A stretch of 64,000 bases of DNA, taken from positions 22,144 to 86,143 of the forward strand of contig QOOS01000005.1 of the NCBI GenBank assembly GCA_003331425.1, written 5' to 3'. Shown here piece by piece: positions 58,130 to 64,000 of this stretch (its first letter is position 1; the number at the start of each line of letters is the position of its first letter). A model generated the notes under the pieces. It was not told where the DNA came from and made no database searches. It saw only the letters and a list, made by a program, of their open reading frames with translations. The position numbers were made by a program, and so were the translations under genes. The DNA is from Nitrosopumilus sp. (GTDB lineage: Archaea > Thermoproteota > Nitrososphaeria > Nitrososphaerales > Nitrosopumilaceae).

Positions 58130-58531
58130 ATGGTGACTAAATCAAGTATTCTTGGATTAATTGCAGCACTAGCCGTTGTATTGATTGCAGTTTCTGCAGT
58201 AGGTGAAAATGCTGATTCTCAAGTACCTAAAATTGGAACAGTAGAAGAATCTGGATTCTCACAATCTTGTGTTGAAACAGGTTGCTACACTCCAAGTGTA
58301 TTGACTATAAAATCTGGTACAATTGTAACAATGACAAATACTGATGCAACAGGTGTTCACACATTTACATCTGGAACTGTTGATGAGTTTGAACCAAACC
58401 CTGATGGAATGTTTAATTCTGAAGTATTAATGCCTGGAGATGCATATGAGAGAAAATTTTCTCAAAAAGGAACTTTTGATTACTATTGTATGTTACATAC
58501 TTGGATGACTGGCCAAATTATTGTTGAATGA
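58130..58531 (+). CDS. Secreted plastocyanin-like cupredoxin (type 1 Cu)
   Basis: Signal helix; VHTFT and YYCMLHTWM give His-Cys-His-Met ligands. Confidence 0.9.
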   Translation: MVTKSSILGLIAALAVVLIAVSAVGENADSQVPKIGTVEESGFSQSCVETGCYTPSVLTIKSGTIVTMTNTDATGVHTFTSGTVDEFEPNPDGMFNSEVLMPGDAYERKFSQKGTFDYYCMLHTWMTGQIIVE

Positions 58532-58644
58532 TTCTTAAAATTAATCATTAAATTTAAACAAATTTTTAGATTATGACAAAAAACTAAACATCCTTTCTGA
58601 ATTTACTTCATTATAGTTATCTTCTTCTTTAGAAATAATTTCCC

Positions 58645-59040
58645 ATGAGTCAAACAATACAATACGACACACTGCTAAACAGACTCTTTGATTTGGATAC
58701 TTGCATACGATTCGCTGCAGTAACAAACAAGTCTGGAGAAATTCTTGCAAAGGGTTCAAAACCTAACACCAAACTTTACTTGTCCCCTGAAGAAACTCAA
58801 GAAACAATACACCATGCAATTAGTGCATGGAGTTCTAGAGAAAAACACTATGACAAAATTGGTGAAGGATTATACACTTTGGCAGTTTATGAAAAACTTC
58901 GACGTGCAACAATTCCATTACCAAGTGGGAATTTGCTTTTGGTGACAATAGATAATGCAGGAGGACAACAGCAGATAATGGAAAAAATTCTCAACGAAGT
59001 AAAAATTCGTGATATTTCTGGAACCATTTCAGGAGCCTAG
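58645..59040 (+). CDS. Roadblock/LC7 (profilin-like fold) protein
   Basis: IRFAAV...GEIL.KG, YT...YEK..RATIP...LLLVT pattern; family call from memory. Confidence 0.6.
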   Translation: MSQTIQYDTLLNRLFDLDTCIRFAAVTNKSGEILAKGSKPNTKLYLSPEETQETIHHAISAWSSREKHYDKIGEGLYTLAVYEKLRRATIPLPSGNLLLVTIDNAGGQQQIMEKILNEVKIRDISGTISGA

Positions 59041-59054
59041 ATATCCAAATTTTC

Positions 59055-60812
59055 TTATTTTACAGTCACGGATTTTGCTAGATTTCTAGGATAATCCGGA
59101 TCTGTGTCTTTTTCTAATGCAGAATAATATGCTAAAAGTTGAATTGGAATAATCTCTGATATTGGATATAGAATTTCACTAATCTTTGGAATTTCTATCC
59201 AGTAATCATAAACATCACTTTCAATATCTGACACTCCAATAATTTTTGCTCCTCTAGCTTTAATTTCTCGTGCACTGGTTAATGTGTCAGCATATGTTGA
59301 ATCATTTGGATTGATAACAATAACAAAAACATCTGTATCCATTAATGCAAGTGGACCATGTTTTAATTCTCCACCTGGAATTCCTTCTGCGTGAATGTAT
59401 GTCAATTCTTTTAGTTTTAATGCTGATTCAATTGCAATTGGATAATTAATTCCTCTACCTAAAATGTAAATGTCTGATACCTCTTTCAATTCTTTTGCAA
59501 TCTCCTGAATTTTATTTGTATTTTCTAACATTTTTGAAATTGAATTCGAAAATTCTTCAAAACCAATTGTAATATTTTCCCCTAATTTTTGAACAATTTT
59601 GTAAAGTAGAATTAATTGTGCAGTAAAGCTTTTTGTTGCAGCCACTCCTATCTCTGGTCCACAATTCATTCCTAATACAATATCTCCTTTGCGTGTAAGT
59701 GAAGATGTTAGTAAATTGACTATGGAAATAATTTTACAGTTTAATTTTTTTGTAATTCTTACTGCTTCCAAAACATCTGCGCTTTCTCCACTTTGAGAAA
59801 TTGCAATTAAAACTGAATTTTCCTCAATTGTCTCTGGTGCAAATTGAAGCTCACTTGCTATTATTGGTTCAGCCTTAATTTTGACATATTTTGATAAAAT
59901 CTGCTTTGCAATTAATGCTGAATTATAACTGGTTCCACTTCCTGTTATGTAGATATTTTTAGCATTTTTGATGAGGTCTGCAGCATCTTTAATTCCATCT
60001 ACTGTTGTTTCTCCTGCTTTTAGAATTACATCTGGTTGTTCGTAAATTTCCTTTAATGTAAAATGTGCATAATCACCTTTGTATGCATCTCCAAATTCTT
60101 TGGAAACTTTTGTAATTTCATGTTTTATTTTATTTCCGTTGAAATCTAAAATTTCAAATTCTTTATTCTCTAAAATTATAAAATTTCCACTTTTCATGTA
60201 TATTGCATTATCTGTATATTCTATGAAGCCTAACACATCACTTGACAAGAAAATGTTCTCTTGTCCAACTCCTACAATTAATGGTTCGTGGAATCTTGCT
60301 GCTGCTATTTGACCGTTTTCAAACATTGCAACAAATGCATAATGTCCTTTGATTACAGCAACTGTTTTCATTATTGTTTCTTTAACATTTTTTGTAGATT
60401 CATAATTTTTTTGTAACAAATTTGCAATTATTTCGCTATCTGTTTCACTTTTGAAATTATATCCTTCTTCTTCTAATTGTTTTTTTAATTCTTCAAAATT
60501 TTCCACAATTCCATTATGTACAATTGCAATTTTTCCAGAATTACTTGGATGTGGATGTGCATTGAGTTCTGTTACTTTTCCATGAGTTGCCCATCTTGTA
60601 TGACCAATTCCAATTTTTCCTGGTAATTTATCTAATTGTACTTTGGAATTTACCTCATTTACTTTCCCTGTCCCTTTTTTTAATTCAATTCCATTTTCTG
60701 ATTCTGTTGCAACTCCAACACTGTCATATCCCCTATACTCCATTCGTTTTAGCCCCTTAACGATAATTGGAGCTGCAATTTCATTTCCAGAATAACCGAT
60801 AATTGAACACAT
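59055..60812 (-). CDS. glmS: Glutamine--fructose-6-phosphate aminotransferase
   Basis: N-terminal Cys, EYRGYDS, GHTRWATHG, HNG, SQSGES, VAATKSF, KHGP, PRNLAKSVT. Confidence 0.97.
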   Translation of the reverse strand: MCSIIGYSGNEIAAPIIVKGLKRMEYRGYDSVGVATESENGIELKKGTGKVNEVNSKVQLDKLPGKIGIGHTRWATHGKVTELNAHPHPSNSGKIAIVHNGIVENFEELKKQLEEEGYNFKSETDSEIIANLLQKNYESTKNVKETIMKTVAVIKGHYAFVAMFENGQIAAARFHEPLIVGVGQENIFLSSDVLGFIEYTDNAIYMKSGNFIILENKEFEILDFNGNKIKHEITKVSKEFGDAYKGDYAHFTLKEIYEQPDVILKAGETTVDGIKDAADLIKNAKNIYITGSGTSYNSALIAKQILSKYVKIKAEPIIASELQFAPETIEENSVLIAISQSGESADVLEAVRITKKLNCKIISIVNLLTSSLTRKGDIVLGMNCGPEIGVAATKSFTAQLILLYKIVQKLGENITIGFEEFSNSISKMLENTNKIQEIAKELKEVSDIYILGRGINYPIAIESALKLKELTYIHAEGIPGGELKHGPLALMDTDVFVIVINPNDSTYADTLTSAREIKARGAKIIGVSDIESDVYDYWIEIPKISEILYPISEIIPIQLLAYYSALEKDTDPDYPRNLAKSVTVK

Positions 60813-60859
60813 GTTATTTTATCTGATAATAGGACTATTTACTGATAATGATGCTATGA

Positions 60860-61513
60860 TTAGTCTGCTTTTGGTGCTTCAGCAGGAGTTGCTTCAGCAG
60901 GAGTTGCTTCAGCAGGAGTTGCTTCAGCAGGAGTTGCTTCAGCAGGAGTTGCTTCAGCAGGAGTTGCTTCTTCACCTTCAGCAGATACTTCTGCTTTTGG
61001 TGCTTCAGCCTTTGTTTTTTCTAACATTTCTGGAATTTTGGATTCAGGGCTAAATTTAACGCTGCCTTCTTCTGCAACTGTTACTGTATATGATGGGATA
61101 TCGACTTTTCTATCTCCAACCATGATGTGACCATGAATAACAGCTTGTCTTGCTTGATATGGTGTTTTAAATCCTAATTTTTTTGAAACGATTGTTTGTA
61201 ATCTTCTTGCAAGTAAATCAGTTGGTTTTAGATTAAGTACATCATCTAATGATGCATTTTCTGATACTAAACCGATTCTTGATAATGATTTTAGTAATAT
61301 TGGTTCTTTTTCTGCTCTGGCTTCTTGTGTCAATGCAAGCAATGATCTTGCTTGTTGTCTTACACGTGATAATTCTGTGTGAGCTTTCCATAATTCTCTT
61401 TTAGTTCTTAATCCAAATGTACCAAGAGTTTGTAACTCATCCATTTTTAATTCATAATTAAGAGGTCGCTTTGGTTTACGCCAAACTTTTCGTGGATATT
61501 TTGGATCTCCCAT
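60860..61513 (-). CDS. rps4: 30S ribosomal protein S4 (uS4) with acidic repeat tail
   Basis: MGDPK, FGLRTKRELW, RRLQT, ARQAVIHGHI. Confidence 0.96.
   Translation of the reverse strand: MGDPKYPRKVWRKPKRPLNYELKMDELQTLGTFGLRTKRELWKAHTELSRVRQQARSLLALTQEARAEKEPILLKSLSRIGLVSENASLDDVLNLKPTDLLARRLQTIVSKKLGFKTPYQARQAVIHGHIMVGDRKVDIPSYTVTVAEEGSVKFSPESKIPEMLEKTKAEAPKAEVSAEGEEATPAEATPAEATPAEATPAEATPAEATPAEAPKAD
60875..60970 (-). repeat. Perfect 15-bp tandem repeat x6 plus partial copy, encoding (ATPAE)6 in the uS4 tail
   Basis: Unit GCTTCAGCAGGAGTT on + strand read directly. Confidence 0.97.
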
Positions 61514-61522
61514 TCAAAACAC

Positions 61523-62101
61523 CTATTCTTTTTTCTCCGCTGGTGCTGCTTCTGCAGCTGGTGCTGGAGCGTCTGCAGTTGCTGCAGCTGGTGCTGCTTC
61601 TGCAGCTGGTGCACCAGAACTTGCTTTCTTAACAGGAGCTGCTAATCCACCTTTTGCTACTCCAACTGCTCCACCTTTTCTACCAGATGTTCTAGTTCTC
61701 TGTCCTCTAACTTTTAGACCACTTAGGTGACGATAACCCCTCCAACTGGCAGTAATTCTTTCTCTTTCAATATCATTTCTTAAAGTAAATGGAATGTCTG
61801 AAGTTAACAAATGTAGATCTTTTCCAGTTTCAATATCTCTTTGTCTATTGATAAACCATAATGGAAAATTTGCTTCAACTGGATTTAAAATTAGTTTTTC
61901 AATTGCTTGAACATTTGCTTCTGTAAGATTACCGATGTTAGAATTTGTATTTATTTTTAATGTACTTGCAACTGCGGTTGCAAAATTATGACCTATACCT
62001 TTAATCTGGGTTAAACCTACGAGAAGTTTTCTTTCTCCTGGAATATCGTTTCCAACTATTCTCACAATGTGTCTGTATTCTTGGCTACTCAAGTATTCCA
62101 A
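61523..62101 (-). CDS. rps13: 30S ribosomal protein S13 (uS13)
   Basis: [25 protein letters not shown]; Ala/Pro-rich tail; TTG start. Confidence 0.96.
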   Translation of the reverse strand: MEYLSSQEYRHIVRIVGNDIPGERKLLVGLTQIKGIGHNFATAVASTLKINTNSNIGNLTEANVQAIEKLILNPVEANFPLWFINRQRDIETGKDLHLLTSDIPFTLRNDIERERITASWRGYRHLSGLKVRGQRTRTSGRKGGAVGVAKGGLAAPVKKASSGAPAAEAAPAAATADAPAPAAEAAPAEKKE

Positions 62102-62220
62102 AATTCTAAGAAACCCCGATAAAAACCATTGCTAGGCGTTAATCATTTTGAAGAAATTATCTGTTTTTTGATTAGATCTCTACTAGTATGGCTTAATTCT
62201 ACCCAATTTTGATTCAAAAA

Positions 62221-62373
62221 TTATCTAAAGTCCTCATCTTTTGTCCAATTATTACCTTGAACATTCCATTCATTACATTGACAGCATTTTTTGACTCCTC
62301 TTTGTGAATCAATATCTATACAAAAACAATGTTCACCTTTACCTGATGGATCATGACTACAGAGTTTTTGCAT
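62221..62373 (-). CDS. 50-aa Cys/His-rich microprotein (not in ORF track)
   Basis: MQKLCSHDPSGKGEHCFCIDIDSQRGVKKCCQCNEWNVQGNNWTKDEDFR*. Confidence 0.6.
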   Translation of the reverse strand: MQKLCSHDPSGKGEHCFCIDIDSQRGVKKCCQCNEWNVQGNNWTKDEDFR

Positions 62374-62453
62374 ACTTTGAGATATTTTTATTTCTTAATT
62401 ATTCTATTGACTTATTCAAAAAGTTATTACATTCTAATTTTTCAATCTAATTC

Positions 62454-62765
62454 ATGGATGAATCCTTTGATAGAGAAAAAATCATCGATTGTATGTTTGA
62501 CCCCATTACCTCTGAAATATTGGCAAAATTAGAAGATGGAAAAAAAGAATGCTCTGTTTTATCCCAAGAATTTTCAATGTCTGAATCTGATATTTTACAA
62601 AGACTTGATTATTTGATAGAATGTGAGTTTATTTTCAAAACTAATGAAAATCAAAAAAATTTCATATCAGCAAATAACGAAAAACTTAGTTCCTTACTTG
62701 AAAACAATGATACATTTGATAGTGCAATAAATGGTTTGGAAAAAATGGATAGTTATCTAAATTGA
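62454..62765 (+). CDS. Winged-helix protein (ArsR-like HTH)
   Basis: FDPITSEILAKL..LSQEFSMSESDILQRLDYL..FI HTH pattern. Confidence 0.65.
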   Translation: MDESFDREKIIDCMFDPITSEILAKLEDGKKECSVLSQEFSMSESDILQRLDYLIECEFIFKTNENQKNFISANNEKLSSLLENNDTFDSAINGLEKMDSYLN

Positions 62766-63263
62766 TCGTTTTTTATTTCTAATTTCATATATTGCGATAA
62801 TTACTAATCCAATCATTCCAAAAATAGTGCAAATTATTGATACTGTTGAAAATATGATTTGATTATCTGCATCTGGAATTGGACCTATTGCACCCGCAAC
62901 ATAACTTTCTTTATCATCAGAACTTTGAATTATCAATTCATAATTTCCTGAATCAAATATCTCAAATTCTTGTTCAATTGTATCTTCATTAATTTTCTCT
63001 GAAATTATTTCCATTCCTGAAGGATCTAAAATTTTTGCTGAAAATGTATTTTCTTTATATTCCATAATTTGTACAGCAAATATTCCCATTGGTGTTTCAT
63101 TTTTATCTAAATCTACAGAAATTGTTACTATCTCTGAAACACTAACTTTTCCGTTACCTTGAGTAATCCCTTCTAAAGTAACTTGATTTTCAAGTACAGA
63201 TGTTCCAAGACCTGCAACAATTAAAATTCCAAAAATCACAATCAGTAATCCTGTTTTTTGCAC
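62757..63263 (-). CDS. Hypothetical membrane protein
   Basis: N- and C-terminal TM helices flanking a beta-rich acidic domain. Confidence 0.7.
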   Translation of the reverse strand: MQKTGLLIVIFGILIVAGLGTSVLENQVTLEGITQGNGKVSVSEIVTISVDLDKNETPMGIFAVQIMEYKENTFSAKILDPSGMEIISEKINEDTIEQEFEIFDSGNYELIIQSSDDKESYVAGAIGPIPDADNQIIFSTVSIICTIFGMIGLVIIAIYEIRNKKRSI

Positions 63264-63316
63264 AAAATTTGTTTGATTTTCTTTATTTTAAACCTAATTT
63301 TTGATTTTTAATAAAA

Positions 63317-63355
63317 AATTTAGATTAGGCTAAATAAGTTAGCTCATGCTAAATT
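63317..63355. promoter_or_regulatory. Tandem TTAG-N6-CTAA palindromes, putative metalloregulator operator
   Basis: AATTTAGATTAGGCTAAATA (63317-63336) and AAGTTAGCTCATGCTAAATT (63336-63355) directly upstream of the metal ABC gene. Confidence 0.55.
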
Positions 63356-63388
63356 TAAATAATCCTGACCGTAGTATTTTTTGTTGAC

Positions 63389-64000
63389 ATGAAAAAACCC
63401 ATTTTAGTTGGAACTATTGTTATTGTTGCAATACTTATTGGAATCTCAGCCATTTTTGTACAAAATAATGATGATGCAAAAATTAATCATATTGAAAGTC
63501 CTGATAGTTATTCTGAGAAAATTGCTATTACAACAACAACTAACGTTATTACAGATTTAGTAGAAAATATTGGAGGTGATCATGTTTCTGTTACTGGATT
63601 AATGGGTCCTGGTGTAGATCCTCATCTGTATCGACCTAGTGCAAGTGATGTCAAATCACTACAGAATGCTGATATTATATTTTACAATGGATTGGACTTG
63701 GAAGGAAAGATGGGGGATATTTTTGTTAAAATTGGAAGAGAAGGAACTTCTGTTTTGGCAGTTTCTGAAAATATTCCTCCAGAATCACTACTAATCTTGG
63801 ATGCTAATGGTAATTTTGATCCACATATTTGGTGGGATGTAGAACTTTGGACAGAAGCTGCAAAAGTTGTAGCAACTGGATTAAAAGAATATGATCCTAA
63901 TAATTCTGAAAATTATGAGAAAAATCTTTTAGAATATCTGAACCAATTAGATTCACTTAATTCAAATAATTTGAACAAGATTAATTCAATTCCTTCAGAA
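63389..64000 (+). CDS. Mn/Zn/Fe ABC transporter substrate-binding protein (TroA/ZnuA family), 3' end outside window
   Basis: Manual translation from ATG 63389: MKKPILV..TTTTNVITDLVENIGGD..GVDPHLYRPSASD..YNGLDLE..FDPHIWWD. Confidence 0.93.
   Translation, partial: MKKPILVGTIVIVAILIGISAIFVQNNDDAKINHIESPDSYSEKIAITTTTNVITDLVENIGGDHVSVTGLMGPGVDPHLYRPSASDVKSLQNADIIFYNGLDLEGKMGDIFVKIGREGTSVLAVSENIPPESLLILDANGNFDPHIWWDVELWTEAAKVVATGLKEYDPNNSENYEKNLLEYLNQLDSLNSNNLNKINSIPSE

Noticed and set aside
58571-58759. 62-aa - strand ORF
   Set aside because: Overlaps the roadblock-like gene antisense; no motif.
1316-60312. Remaining 60-175 aa ORFs nested in or antisense to long genes
   Set aside because: Fully overlapped by well-supported housekeeping genes, with no independent motifs.
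60813-60870. CTGA/ATGATG boxes in the rps4-glmS spacer as a second C/D sRNA
   Set aside because: Boxes are not in C-D'-C'-D order and there is no terminal stem.
60811-61053. 80-aa ORF with QQELL repeats
   Set aside because: Antisense translation of the rps4 VNTR.

Overview
AT-rich archaeal window read as core chromosome of a Nitrosopumilus-like ammonia-oxidising archaeon (Nitrososphaerota). This is inferred from the gene set: acetyl/propionyl-CoA carboxylase of the 3HP/4HB cycle, 11-subunit complex I without NuoEFG, type-1 IDI, a cupredoxin and a stand-alone 5S rRNA. It carries sdhACDB, argH, rfcL, pccB-accC-accB, nuoABCDHIJKMLN, tkt-rpe/tkt/tal, the rpoN-eno-rps2-mvk-ipk-idi-GGPPS-gltX cluster, glmS, rps13-rps4, six tRNAs and a 5S rRNA. 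I found no mobile element, integrase or CRISPR array. Most interesting observations: (1) a 375-aa 'hypothetical' (10589-11716) that carries the ordered motifs of a class I isoprenoid-synthase fold but lacks the IPP-binding RR and KT residues; (2) an unannotated dual-guide box C/D sRNA (29686-29750) whose two guides appear complementary to neighbouring 23S H69/H70-71 segments; (3) a CADD-type, putatively self-sacrificing p-aminobenzoate synthase; (4) enzyme homologues with replaced catalytic residues (HemA-like, LarA-like, methyltransferase-like, IDI1 Cys->Ala); (5) three small metal-binding ORFs missed by the ORF track; (6) two tandem palindromic operators. Family calls come from motif recognition by eye, not database searches.
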